A DNA stretch of 64,000 bases from Thermomicrobiales bacterium (GTDB taxonomy: Bacteria; Chloroflexota; Chloroflexia; Thermomicrobiales; UBA6265). A program made the translations under genes and the position numbers. The DNA lies in the NCBI GenBank assembly GCA_045804965.1, contig JBJMMD010000016.1, forward strand, positions 206,724 to 270,723, in the 5' to 3' direction. Below, piece by piece: positions 31,013 through 40,844 of the stretch (the first letter of the stretch is position 1; each line of letters opens with the position of its first letter). The notes beneath the pieces are model-generated. The model was not told the DNA's origin. It did not search any database and saw only the letters and a program-made list of their open reading frames with translations.

Positions 31013-31118
31013 CGGCGTCGCGCCGAGGGCGCGTGAGGCGCAACTTCGCGCGGTCCTCGCTCGATATACTGCGTGCAGAGGAATCGACGCTCGTAACCGG
31101 TTAGCGAAGGCAGCGCGC

Positions 31119-31607
31119 ATGCGCCTGTATCTCGGCGGACCGATGTTTACCGCCGCGGAGGTATCGCACAACCTCCGCTTGGCAGGCGTGCTTCGCGTGC
31201 ATGGCTTCGAGGTCTATTGCCCGAACGAAAGCGAGCCGATCAACGACAAGACCCGCACCGATATTACCGGCAAACTTATTTACGAGTTCGACATTGCCGC
31301 GCTGGAAGCATCGAATGTCATGATCTGTCAGGTGAGCGAAGACTCCGGCACGAATTGGGAAGCCGGCTATATGGATTGCATGTCGAAGCGTGTCGATCCG
31401 GCGACCTACTACGGCGTGATTGGTCTCGCAACTGACATTCGGCTGCGAACGCCGCCCAACCCGAACATGGCAGGCGTCGACAACCAGACCGGGTATGTCA
31501 ACCAGCTCGTCGTCGGCGGGCTGCAACTATCGCTTGGAATTTATCTCGACGAATCGGCGATGATCGAGCGGTTGATCGAAGTACGACGTGCTCGCGAGGG
31601 CCTGTAA
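31119..31607 (+). CDS. Nucleoside 2-deoxyribosyltransferase family protein
   Basis: LYLGGPMF, VYCP, IYEFDIAAL, DSGTNWEAGY (catalytic Glu position). Confidence 0.85.
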   Translation: MRLYLGGPMFTAAEVSHNLRLAGVLRVHGFEVYCPNESEPINDKTRTDITGKLIYEFDIAALEASNVMICQVSEDSGTNWEAGYMDCMSKRVDPATYYGVIGLATDIRLRTPPNPNMAGVDNQTGYVNQLVVGGLQLSLGIYLDESAMIERLIEVRRAREGL

Positions 31608-31651
31608 CCTTGCCTTGCAGATATGAGGCGATCGTTGTGCCCACAACCACG

Positions 31652-31987
31652 TCAGGGTGACTCTTCTGATGGCTCGGCCATCAGATCACGGGCGCGGTTG
31701 CTCATCTCGGTCGCTTGCTCGAGGTCGAGCGTGGACAGTCCCAGTCCGTCGGCCAGAGCCATCCCGCGCTCGGGTTCGACACGCTGGGAGGCATTCGCCA
31801 TGCCCAACCAGCGCACCTCCCAGCAGCCGATGTTGATCAAGAGAAGATCGAGCGCCGCATGGGCTTGATCAGGATGCTCTTGCAACAGCTCCCGTCCTTG
31901 AAGGGTTGCGCGCTGCAAGTCCTCGAGGGCGAGGTCGAGCATCGTCGCATGGTCGGTCGGCGCCGGCTCTCGTTTCCGCGGTGGCAC
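31652..31987 (-). CDS. Hypothetical protein
   Basis: AAGGAGG RBS just upstream of GTG; helical 111-aa ORF. Confidence 0.6.
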   Translation of the reverse strand: MPPRKREPAPTDHATMLDLALEDLQRATLQGRELLQEHPDQAHAALDLLLINIGCWEVRWLGMANASQRVEPERGMALADGLGLSTLDLEQATEMSNRARDLMAEPSEESP

Positions 31988-32300
31988 GGGGTCCTCCTTG
32001 CGCGGTCACGTGTGATTCCGAACCAGGCCGGACCTTTCCGCCGCGCCAAAACGGCAGGCGCCAAGCCCTGGATGATTGAGGTCGCTGACCGAAGAGACTC
32101 GGCCGTCAATCCGTCGACCGCTGGCGAGCGGCGTTCCCTTCCCGGTGACCGCCCGCACCACTACGCCGAGCTCGATCGTTGCGAGTTCAACCGCACGCGC
32201 CCCAGGCACGCTTGGTACCGAAGTCCCACTGCCAGTGTGCCTGTCTCTGATGCCTTCAGCAATGGCTATCTCGGGCTAGTCTAGGCGGACGGCCAAAAGA

Positions 32301-32316
32301 TGCACGATCCATGCCA
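32301..32316 (-). promoter_or_regulatory. Sigma54-type motif TGGCATGGATCGTGCA
   Basis: TGGCAY and GG-N10-GC; points toward the 31987 ORF. Confidence 0.55.
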
Positions 32317-32421
32317 GGCACGATCGATCGCACCACGGGCATTGTACGCAGGCAGTTCGGGCTTCGCGAGAAGCCACCCAACTCGTTCCGCCCAGGCTTT
32401 CCGGTCAGTTGCCATGCTCGC

Positions 32422-34080
32422 CTACTGTTCGCTCATTCGGCCTCGTGCCAGATAGCGTTCGATCAAAGCATGGGTTGAGCTATCGTGTTTCGTGCCCGAA
32501 GGTTTTCCGCTCTCGAGTTCGGGCGCGATTCGCATGGCGAGTGCTTTGCCGAGCTCGACGCCCCATTGATCGAATGAATTAATGTTCCAGACCACCCCTT
32601 GTACAAAGATCTTGTGCTCATAGAGCGCGATCAGGCGGCCGAGCGAATCCGGCGTGAGCCGGTCGAGCAACAACGTGTTCGTGGGGCGGTTGCCGGGAAA
32701 GACCCGATGACGAACCTGAAACTCGGGCGTTCCCTCTGCTCGCACCTCTGCTTCGGTCTTTCCAAACGCGAGTGCCTCCGTCTGCGCGAAAAGATTCGCG
32801 ACCAGCAGGTCGTGGTGATTGCCGAGAGGGTTCAGCGTCTGACAGAAACCGATGAAATCACACGGAATCAGCTTCGTGCCCTGATGAATCAATTGATAGA
32901 ACGCGTGCTGTCCATTGGTGCCCGGCTGGCCCCAGAGGATAGGACCGGTCTGATAAGTGACCGTCCCGCCCGCTAAATCGGTCTGCTTGCCGTTGCTCTC
33001 CATGTCGAGTTGCTGGAGATATGAAGGAAATCGGCCGAGGTAGTGATCGTAGGGAAGAATCGCGATCGTCTCTGCGCCAAAGAAATTGTTGTACCAAACG
33101 CCGATCAGCCCGAGAAGTACGGGCAGGTTTCGGTCGAACGACGCGGTCCGGAAATGCTCGTCCACCGCATAGAACCCGGCGAGCAGTTCGCGGAAACGCT
33201 CGGGTCCGATGGCGACCATGAGTGAAAGCCCGATTGCGGAATCGACGGAATAGCGACCGCCCACCCAGTCCCAGAATTCGAACATGTTCGCCGGGTCGAT
33301 GCCAAACTTCGCGACCTCGGCGGTGTTGGTCGAGACCGCGACGAAATGTCGCGCGACGGCCGCGTCATCGCCCAATCCCCGCACGAGCCATGCGCGGGCT
33401 GAGCGAGCATTGGTCATCGTTTCCAGCGTGGTGAATGTCTTCGACGATATGATGAAAAGGGTTTCGGCGGGATCGAGATCTCGTGTTGCCTCGACGAAGT
33501 CCGTGCCGTCGATATTGGACACGAACCGGCACTCTATGCCGCGGTCACTATAAAAGCGCATTGCTTCATAGGCCATCGCCGGTCCGAGATCGGATCCGCC
33601 AATGCCGATGTTGACGACCCTCGTGATCCGCTTGCCGGTGTAGCCGCTCCATGCGCCCGATCGAACACGCTCGCTGAAGTCGGCCATCTTGTCGAGCACC
33701 GAGTGGACCTTCGGCACGACGTTTTCGCCGTCGACGAGAATGGTCGCATCTCTTGGCGCGCGCAGCGCGGTATGCAACACCGCGCGTTGCTCGGTCACGT
33801 TGACCTTGTCTCCCCTGAACATCGCATCAATGTGTCCGCGCAGGTCGGACGCCTCGGCGAGCGCAATGAGCAGCCGTACCGTTTCTTCGGTCAGTCGGTT
33901 TTTGGAGTAATCGAGGTAGACGCCCGCCGCGTCGAGCGCGAAGCGCGTGCCCCGTGCCGAATCCTCGGCAAACAGCTGTCGCAAATGCAGACTGCGGATT
34001 TGTTCGTAATGCGCTTCGAGTGCTTTCCATTCCGGGCGGTCAGTTGTCACTTGTCCCGCGCCCATCGTGGTCCCTTTCAT
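32422..34080 (-). CDS. pgi: Glucose-6-phosphate isomerase
   Basis: [46 protein letters not shown]. Confidence 0.98.
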   Translation of the reverse strand: MKGTTMGAGQVTTDRPEWKALEAHYEQIRSLHLRQLFAEDSARGTRFALDAAGVYLDYSKNRLTEETVRLLIALAEASDLRGHIDAMFRGDKVNVTEQRAVLHTALRAPRDATILVDGENVVPKVHSVLDKMADFSERVRSGAWSGYTGKRITRVVNIGIGGSDLGPAMAYEAMRFYSDRGIECRFVSNIDGTDFVEATRDLDPAETLFIISSKTFTTLETMTNARSARAWLVRGLGDDAAVARHFVAVSTNTAEVAKFGIDPANMFEFWDWVGGRYSVDSAIGLSLMVAIGPERFRELLAGFYAVDEHFRTASFDRNLPVLLGLIGVWYNNFFGAETIAILPYDHYLGRFPSYLQQLDMESNGKQTDLAGGTVTYQTGPILWGQPGTNGQHAFYQLIHQGTKLIPCDFIGFCQTLNPLGNHHDLLVANLFAQTEALAFGKTEAEVRAEGTPEFQVRHRVFPGNRPTNTLLLDRLTPDSLGRLIALYEHKIFVQGVVWNINSFDQWGVELGKALAMRIAPELESGKPSGTKHDSSTHALIERYLARGRMSEQ

Positions 34081-36224
34081 GGATGAACCGGCGGCTCGCT
34101 AACCCGACGCAACAGCATCGCTGAGCGGCCGGCAAGCGTCATCGAGTCTCCGGTTTTGACCGATCCATCGCTCACCGGAACTTCCGATCTTGTGGTGTCG
34201 ATCGTGATTACCCACGTATCCGGCCCAGCCGAACTGGGAACGATGAACGAGATTGCGTTCGCGGAGCCATTGAGCATGATTAAGAAGTCATCGTCCCACA
34301 CGCGCTGACCTTGCTCATCCAGCTCTTCGAGTGCGGATCCACCTAATCGAATGGTAATCGCGCGTACCCAACTCACGTCCCAGTCATCATCGGTCATCGG
34401 TCGACCATCGATATCGAACCAAGCGATATCCTCGACTTCCGAACCGCGAATCTTTCGCCCTTGAAAGAAGCGAGGACGACGTAAGCTCGGGTGCCGCTTG
34501 CGCAGCTCGATCATTCCCTTCGTAAACTCGAAGAACGCGAGCCTGCGATTGTCGAGCGACCAATGAGTCCAGCTCAGCTCATTGTCTTGACAATAAGCGT
34601 TGTTGTTTCCGCGCTGAGTGCGGCTCAGCTCGTCGCCCCCGCAAAGCATCGGCACGCCCTGAGACACAAAGAGTGTGAACATCAGATTCCGCTTCGTTTG
34701 TTCGCGCAGGGCGATGGTGGCCGGATCGTCCGTTGGACCTTCGACGCCGTGATTCCACGAACGATTGTCCTCGCTGCCGTCACGGTTCTCTTCCCCGTTT
34801 GCCTCGTTGTGCTTCTCGTCGTAGCTCACCAAATCCTGAAGCGTGAATCCGTCATGGGCAACGATGAAATTGATACTCGCGGACGGCCGCCGGCTGTCGT
34901 CTTCGTATAGATCGCTGCTGCCGGTCAAGCGGTAGGCGAGCTCCGAGACGTGTTCATCTCCACCTCGCCAGAACGTGCGCACCGTGTCGCGATACTTCCC
35001 GTTCCACTCGCTCCACAGCGCTGGGAACCGGCCTACTTGGTACCCGCCGTCGCCGATATCCCAGGGCTCGGCGATGAGCTTGACGCGCGAAATGACCGGG
35101 TCCTGCTGGATCACATCGAAAAACGATGAAAGGCGATCGACGTCATGCAGCTCGCGCGCTAGCGCTGCGGCGAGATCGAAGCGAAACCCGTCGACATGCA
35201 TTTCCTCGATCCAATAGCGCAGGCTGTCCATGATGAGCTGCAACGCTTGGGGTGACCGGGCGTTGAATGTGTTGCCTGTGCCGGTGTAATCCATGTAAAA
35301 CCGCTCGTCGCCTTGGACCAAACGGTAATAGGCTGAGTTGTCGATGCCACGGAACGACAGCGTCGGCCCGAGATGATTACCTTCGGCTGTGTGGTTGTAC
35401 ACCACGTCAAGGATCACCTCGATTCCTGCCGCGTGCAGCGATTTCACCATCTGCTTGAACTCTGCGACTTGGCAGCCGGGATCCATCGCCTTGGCATAAT
35501 CCGCTTCCGGGGAAAAGAAATTGAGCGTGTTATAGCCCCAATAATTTGTGAGACCTCGATCGCACAGCAGCTTGTCGTCGAGATGCGCGTGAATCGGCAG
35601 CAGCTCGACGGCGGTGATGCCGAGCTCGGTCAAGTAGTTAATCGCGACCTCGGACCCAAGTGCGGTATACGTGCCGCGGTCTTCGGGTGGGATGGTTGGG
35701 TTGAGCGCGCTGAATCCTTTGACGTGCAGTTCGTAGATGACCGAGCGGTGAAGGGGTCTGCGCGGCATCGAATCCTCGCCCCAATCAAACTCAGGATCGA
35801 TGACGACAGCCTTCGGAATCCCTGCCGCGTCGTCTCGTTCGTCTTGGACCAGGTCCTGTTCTGGAGCGTTGAACGGATAGCCAAAAACCGGTGCGCTCCA
35901 GTCAACCCGTCCCTTAAGTGCCTTCGCGTAGGGATCGATCAAGAGTTTGTTCGCATTGAAGCGGTGGCCCTCTTCGGGCGCAAACGGCCCATCGACGCGA
36001 TAACCGTAGCGCTGTCCGGGACCGATCGTGGGAAGATATGCGTGCCAGACGTATCCGGGACTCTGATCAAGTGAGACGCGCTCTTCATTGCCATCGGCGG
36101 CAATCAAGCACAACTCGACACCTGTCGCATGTTCGCTAAATAAAGCGAAATTGGTTCCTTTGCCGTCCCATGTCGCACCGAGTGGGAATGGTTCGCCGGG
36201 AAGCACAACACGTCGATCTAACAA
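34077..36224 (-). CDS. glgX: Glycogen debranching enzyme (isoamylase)
   Basis: [53 protein letters not shown]. Confidence 0.97.
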   Translation of the reverse strand: MLDRRVVLPGEPFPLGATWDGKGTNFALFSEHATGVELCLIAADGNEERVSLDQSPGYVWHAYLPTIGPGQRYGYRVDGPFAPEEGHRFNANKLLIDPYAKALKGRVDWSAPVFGYPFNAPEQDLVQDERDDAAGIPKAVVIDPEFDWGEDSMPRRPLHRSVIYELHVKGFSALNPTIPPEDRGTYTALGSEVAINYLTELGITAVELLPIHAHLDDKLLCDRGLTNYWGYNTLNFFSPEADYAKAMDPGCQVAEFKQMVKSLHAAGIEVILDVVYNHTAEGNHLGPTLSFRGIDNSAYYRLVQGDERFYMDYTGTGNTFNARSPQALQLIMDSLRYWIEEMHVDGFRFDLAAALARELHDVDRLSSFFDVIQQDPVISRVKLIAEPWDIGDGGYQVGRFPALWSEWNGKYRDTVRTFWRGGDEHVSELAYRLTGSSDLYEDDSRRPSASINFIVAHDGFTLQDLVSYDEKHNEANGEENRDGSEDNRSWNHGVEGPTDDPATIALREQTKRNLMFTLFVSQGVPMLCGGDELSRTQRGNNNAYCQDNELSWTHWSLDNRRLAFFEFTKGMIELRKRHPSLRRPRFFQGRKIRGSEVEDIAWFDIDGRPMTDDDWDVSWVRAITIRLGGSALEELDEQGQRVWDDDFLIMLNGSANAISFIVPSSAGPDTWVITIDTTRSEVPVSDGSVKTGDSMTLAGRSAMLLRRVSEPPVHP

Positions 36225-36301
36225 CCGGGCCCTCCAACATTGTCAATTCATGTCGGCGGGTTACGCTCACCGACCAGGCCCCATCATAAGCGTGGGAGCC
36301 C

Positions 36302-36317
36302 CGCAACGTTTATGCCG
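36302..36317 (-). promoter_or_regulatory. Sigma54-type motif CGGCATAAACGTTGCG upstream of glgX-pgi
   Basis: GGCA..TTGC with GG-N10-GC spacing, about 80 nt before the start codon. Confidence 0.6.
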
Positions 36318-36384
36318 GGATCAGTCATGTGCTCTATTCTTCGCCGGCACGGCGAACCGCGTCCCCCCAAAGGAGCGAAAACGA

Positions 36385-37023
36385 ATGATGGCAAAGCGAG
36401 CCTATAAGCGGCGAACGGTCGGCATTCTCGTGTTTGACGATGTCGAGGTGCTCGACTTTTGCGGGCCCCTTGAAGTTTTCGCGTCCGCTCGCAAGCCGGG
36501 ACGGGAAGATCGCGACCAACGAGACCTGTTCGACGTGTGTGTCATCGCTCAAGACGATCGCGCCATTCGCTGCCACGGCAACCTACTCCTCCACCCTCAT
36601 TTCACCATCGCCAACCATCCCCCGCTCGATATCCTGCTCATTCCCGGCGGTCAGGGCACGCGCCGGGAGCGCGAAAACCAGGTAGTTTTAGACTGGATCG
36701 CCCGCCAAAACCCGAGCACCGAGGTGACGACCAGCGTTTGCACGGGCGCGTTCCTGCTTGCCGCTCTTGGTCTGCTCGACGGCCTGCGGGCGACCACGCA
36801 TTGGGCGAGCATCGACTGGATGCGCGAACAGCATCCCGGGGTCGAGATGCGCGAGAACGTTCGGTTTGTGGACGAAGGGCGAATCGTGACGTCGGCCGGC
36901 GTCTCGGCCGGCATCGACATGGCGCTCCACCTCATAGAACGCCTGCATGGGCACGACATCGCCGTCGATACCGCTCGCGGGATGGAGTACGACTGGCAGA
37001 AACAGTCGGCAGCAGATACTTAG
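36385..37023 (+). CDS. DJ-1/PfpI family protein (InhA-like)
   Basis: EVLDFCGP, IPGGQG, SVCTGA, ATTHW, TSAGVSAGID. Confidence 0.92.
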   Translation: MMAKRAYKRRTVGILVFDDVEVLDFCGPLEVFASARKPGREDRDQRDLFDVCVIAQDDRAIRCHGNLLLHPHFTIANHPPLDILLIPGGQGTRRERENQVVLDWIARQNPSTEVTTSVCTGAFLLAALGLLDGLRATTHWASIDWMREQHPGVEMRENVRFVDEGRIVTSAGVSAGIDMALHLIERLHGHDIAVDTARGMEYDWQKQSAADT

Positions 37024-38132
37024 AGGCACAGAAGGCGGTTCGCGAGACTCAGCATGTCGCCGGTCATGCCGGCGGCGGTCACCGCCGCACCCGCACCCGG
37101 ACCAGTTACGGTTAGCGGGTAGCGGTCATACCGCTTCGTCCGAATCGAAACGATATTTTCGGGTCCTTGTAAGGCGCCGAGAACCGTCGAGGTCTTGATC
37201 GATTGCAGACCTACCCGGATCGATCCGGCAACTTCCACCTTCGCGATGTATTTCAGGGTCTCGCCCACCGCTCGCGAAGCCTCCGCCCGGTCCGCGATCT
37301 CTTGGTCCGCCTCGTTCACCCGAAGCAGGAACTCGTCCAGACTCACGTGCTGGAGGTGCGCGGGAACGAGATTTTCTACGTTGATATCGTCCAAATCGAT
37401 GGTCCGGCCGAGGGTTCGGGCCAGAATCAGCGCCTTGCGCGCAACATCGAGCCCACTCAGATCGTCGCGCGGGTCGGGCTCGGTGTAGCCGCTTGCCTTG
37501 GCATCCCGAACAGCGACCGAGAACGATTTGCCGGCCGCGACATCGGAAAAGATCGCGCCGAAGGTTCCCGATACCGTCCCCATGATCTCGACGATGTCAT
37601 CACCCGTATCGAGCAGATTGCGGATTGTCGAGATGACCGGCAATCCAGCGCCGCACGTCGCCTCATACCGCAATCGGCCTTGCGGTCCAGTTTCGCCCCA
37701 TAGCGCCTCGCCACGGTCGTCGACCGCCGGCAAAGCCATCGGCGCCTTATTCGACAGCGCGACACCGCCGCCAAGGTCAAGGGTACGCGCGTCGAGCGTG
37801 GCGCTGTCATCGCCCGCGGCCGCGTCCATCACAATCAACGGACCGTGCGCAGCCAAGGGCTCGATTGCCGCGTGCGCAGCGACGAGCGACCGCCCTTTCG
37901 CACTCAACCCCTCACCGTTCCTCTTTCCCTTAACGATTGTCAGCAACTCATCATCAGGAATACCGTCTGGATCATCAACCACATACGCACCGTCGCGACC
38001 CGCAACTCCGCTCACGACGACGTGCATTCCAAGAACGCGTGCCCAGAGCGATCGATGTTGAACGATCTGCTCGAGGACCGCTCCCCCGACCGTGCCTGTC
38101 CCAATCTGAAACACCTGAACGCGCTTCACCAA
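37020..38132 (-). CDS. Homoserine dehydrogenase (stand-alone, ThrA/MetL-type domain)
   Basis: GTGTVGG, SNKAP, YEATCGAGLP, GYTEPDPRDDLSGLDVARK, GPGAGAAVTA. Confidence 0.92.
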   Translation of the reverse strand: MVKRVQVFQIGTGTVGGAVLEQIVQHRSLWARVLGMHVVVSGVAGRDGAYVVDDPDGIPDDELLTIVKGKRNGEGLSAKGRSLVAAHAAIEPLAAHGPLIVMDAAAGDDSATLDARTLDLGGGVALSNKAPMALPAVDDRGEALWGETGPQGRLRYEATCGAGLPVISTIRNLLDTGDDIVEIMGTVSGTFGAIFSDVAAGKSFSVAVRDAKASGYTEPDPRDDLSGLDVARKALILARTLGRTIDLDDINVENLVPAHLQHVSLDEFLLRVNEADQEIADRAEASRAVGETLKYIAKVEVAGSIRVGLQSIKTSTVLGALQGPENIVSIRTKRYDRYPLTVTGPGAGAAVTAAGMTGDMLSLANRLLCL

Positions 38133-38245
38133 TTCTCCAATCCCAAGCTATTAGAACTTGCTTTTCAGTTCGGCGATTCGTGCGCTGGACCGGCTAGGTC
38201 GGCCATAACCGTCCGAGGAAGAAATCGCTTGAAAAACTTTCACGT

Positions 38246-38683
38246 TCAACGTGAATGACTTCTGTTTGCGGTGTCTAGGTGGCGAACAAATGCCTCGGCC
38301 GCGATAAATGCAATTCCCTCGCACTCGCCCAATATGAGCAGGTCTTTGTCCTGCGAAATGACGAATTGGGCATCTCCAACAGCAGCCATGGCGATGAACT
38401 TATCGTCCTCGGATTCTCGGGAACTTGCAGCGAAATCCTTTACATCGACCATTACCGCGGAAGCAATAAACTCGAGCACTGCGCCGAGATCTCTCGTTGC
38501 GATACCACGATATTTGTTCGTTAGTTTTGGGCGGCGAAGTACTTTGAGGTACTCGGCGACGATAGAAGGAGAAACGACAAATGAATAATTGTCCGCGTAC
38601 TCGAAAATGACTTTACCTGACCATGAAAACGGATCTATTAATCCGCGAACAAGGATTACAGTGTCGAGAACGGCCTTCGTCAC
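38246..38683 (-). CDS. PIN-domain toxin (PIN_3-like)
   Basis: AVLDT, AEY..VLRRPK, EDDKF, SQDKDLL acidic PIN residues; overlaps the antitoxin stop. Confidence 0.85.
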   Translation of the reverse strand: MTKAVLDTVILVRGLIDPFSWSGKVIFEYADNYSFVVSPSIVAEYLKVLRRPKLTNKYRGIATRDLGAVLEFIASAVMVDVKDFAASSRESEDDKFIAMAAVGDAQFVISQDKDLLILGECEGIAFIAAEAFVRHLDTANRSHSR

Positions 38684-39000
38684 CGATTCTTTCGCTTTTC
38701 AGCCCGTACCTCAGCAACCGCCGATTCGATGTCCGCGACGATTTCCTCTTGGCCAATGCCGCTTTCAAGAATTTCCTGCCTGACAGAAGCGAAGTACTCA
38801 TAAAGTTCGCGTAGCCACGGCGAGCCAGGGCTCTCCCCGCTCACACAGACCGGAACGATGTGAAGTTCTCCGTTATCTAAGGTCATCCGGAGCAAACTTT
38901 CTTCACGAATGCCGAGCTCGTCGCGGAACTCGGCCGGAATGGTGATCTGTCCGCCGCACAGAGATCGAATTATTTTGCTCTTCGACGCTGATTCAGTCAT
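38680..39000 (-). CDS. AbrB/MazE/SpoVT family antitoxin
   Basis: GQITIPAEFRDELGI motif; directly upstream of the PIN gene. Confidence 0.88.
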   Translation of the reverse strand: MTESASKSKIIRSLCGGQITIPAEFRDELGIREESLLRMTLDNGELHIVPVCVSGESPGSPWLRELYEYFASVRQEILESGIGQEEIVADIESAVAEVRAEKRKNR

Positions 39001-39025
39001 TGTCCTGCCCAATCATTCAGCGCGA

Positions 39026-39057
39026 TGGAAAATCCAGGAATACAATAACTGTATTCC
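39026..39057. promoter_or_regulatory. Putative TA autoregulatory operator palindromes
   Basis: GGAATACA-ataac-TGTATTCC (39037-39057) and adjacent TGGA-aaa-TCCA. Confidence 0.65.
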
Positions 39058-39077
39058 ACAGGTTGCTCGGGTTGCGA

Positions 39078-40844
39078 TCAATGGTTCGCCACAGTAACGC
39101 ATCTGCTTGCCGTCGTGCTCGCTCGCACTTGTAACGGGTCATACCAAATTGGCGCGCGCATGCCCAGGAGGTCTTTGGCGCGGGCGTAGTTTGTAACGTA
39201 ACGGCAATCGAGGTTGGTGGTGTCCATTTTCAGGATGATGACGCCTTCGGCCGGACCAGGCAGCAGCGATTCTGAAACAGGTTCGCCTTCGACAGTGGGG
39301 GCGAATATTCCACTCCAGCCCATGCCGGTAGTCGGATCGTTGGCGAAGGCGACGTAGGTGCAGTTCTCCTTGGATCGTTCGCGCCAGAGATGGAAGTGGC
39401 AGTCGGTTGGGCCGGTCTGAACGTGCGGCAGGTGCGGAACTGACGTTGATCCCCAGCCGCGAACCGGCGGCTCGCCACACGACGAGGGCCAGGCGATGAG
39501 GTCGGCGCCGTCGAGCGCGAGGCAGCGCGCCGCTTCTGGGAAATTGACGTCGTGCCCGATTTGTAAACCAATCCGGCCAATGTGCGTGTCGAATGTCGGC
39601 AAACCGAGGTCGCCTGGAGCCGACCAGACTTGGTCTGTCGGGGATAGATGAAGCTTGCGATAGGTTCCAACGACCCCTTCCGGTCCGACGAGGACGGCAC
39701 TGTTGTACAGCGTTTCATCCGCTCGCTCGATCAAACCGACGACCAGGTAGGTTCCATTCGCGGCCGCGATCTGCGTTAATCGCTTGGTCGCCTTACCAGG
39801 AATGGTTTCCGCGATTTGCTCGTCCCCGATCCGGTCACGGACAAGTCCACTCAGTGTAAGTTCGGGGAAGACGATGAGATCGGCTTCAGGGTTGGCGTCG
39901 GCTGTCGCTTCGATTCTGTCCAGGTTGAGCTCAACTCCCGGGACAACTGGTGACATCTGGGCGACCGCAATCATGCTCGTGCGCCCTTTTGGCAATGGCC
40001 GCAGATCGTAGAGGTCGTGAAACTCTGACGGGTGCCAAAGATACGAGTTCAATGTCAAGTTTCCGTAGCATTCGGGGCGCCGTCCAGCAAGCCTGTCAGC
40101 TTGGATTCGCGTCAGATCGATCTGGCCGTAAACGATGCCATCACCCGTATCGACAACGTCCTGTACAGCTCCGTCCGGATCGATGACACATGAACCGCCA
40201 GAGAATTGAACGCCGCGCTCCAAACCATAGCGATTTGCAGGGATCAGATACGCGTCGTTTTCATACGCGCGCGCCATCCAGACCGGCGAGGGGCTCTTTT
40301 CCGATAACCAGTTGGTCGGGAAGCAGATCACGTCCGCGCCCTGCAAGGCCGCGATCCGCGCGGGCTCGAAAAACGTGGCGTCCATGCAGATGATCATTGC
40401 GATCCGGCCGAGTTCAGTCTCAAACACCGGAATCCCGAGATCGCCGTCCTTCGCCCACTTCGGCTCGGAGATATAGGAATGCGTTTTTCGATAGACGCCG
40501 ACGGCGCCATCCGGACCGATCAGGACCGCGGAGTTGTAGAAAATGCCCGTGTCTGGTGCGACTTCGGCCAGGCCGGTGACGATATAGGTCTTGGAGCGAG
40601 CAGCAACATCAGCGAATAGTTCGGTTGTCGGACCCGGGATCGGTTCGACATGGGGCGCGATCTCGTCGCGGCTTTGCCAGCAGTAGCCGACGTTCGCCAT
40701 TTCCGGATGAACGATCAACCGCGCGCCGTTCTCCACTGCCTCATTGGTCAACGCCAGAAGGCGGCGAAGGTTCGACGCTTTCTCGAAAAGCATCGGCTCG
40801 AATTGAATTGCCGCGACGCGATACGACCGCGCGGCGAGCGTCAT
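39078..40844 (-). CDS. Tandem two-domain carbon-nitrogen hydrolase (nitrilase superfamily)
   Basis: Domain 1: PEM / YRKTH / ICMD. Domain 2: FPEL / YRKLH / IGHD. Confidence 0.9.
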   Translation of the reverse strand: MTLAARSYRVAAIQFEPMLFEKASNLRRLLALTNEAVENGARLIVHPEMANVGYCWQSRDEIAPHVEPIPGPTTELFADVAARSKTYIVTGLAEVAPDTGIFYNSAVLIGPDGAVGVYRKTHSYISEPKWAKDGDLGIPVFETELGRIAMIICMDATFFEPARIAALQGADVICFPTNWLSEKSPSPVWMARAYENDAYLIPANRYGLERGVQFSGGSCVIDPDGAVQDVVDTGDGIVYGQIDLTRIQADRLAGRRPECYGNLTLNSYLWHPSEFHDLYDLRPLPKGRTSMIAVAQMSPVVPGVELNLDRIEATADANPEADLIVFPELTLSGLVRDRIGDEQIAETIPGKATKRLTQIAAANGTYLVVGLIERADETLYNSAVLVGPEGVVGTYRKLHLSPTDQVWSAPGDLGLPTFDTHIGRIGLQIGHDVNFPEAARCLALDGADLIAWPSSCGEPPVRGWGSTSVPHLPHVQTGPTDCHFHLWRERSKENCTYVAFANDPTTGMGWSGIFAPTVEGEPVSESLLPGPAEGVIILKMDTTNLDCRYVTNYARAKDLLGMRAPIWYDPLQVRASTTASRCVTVANH

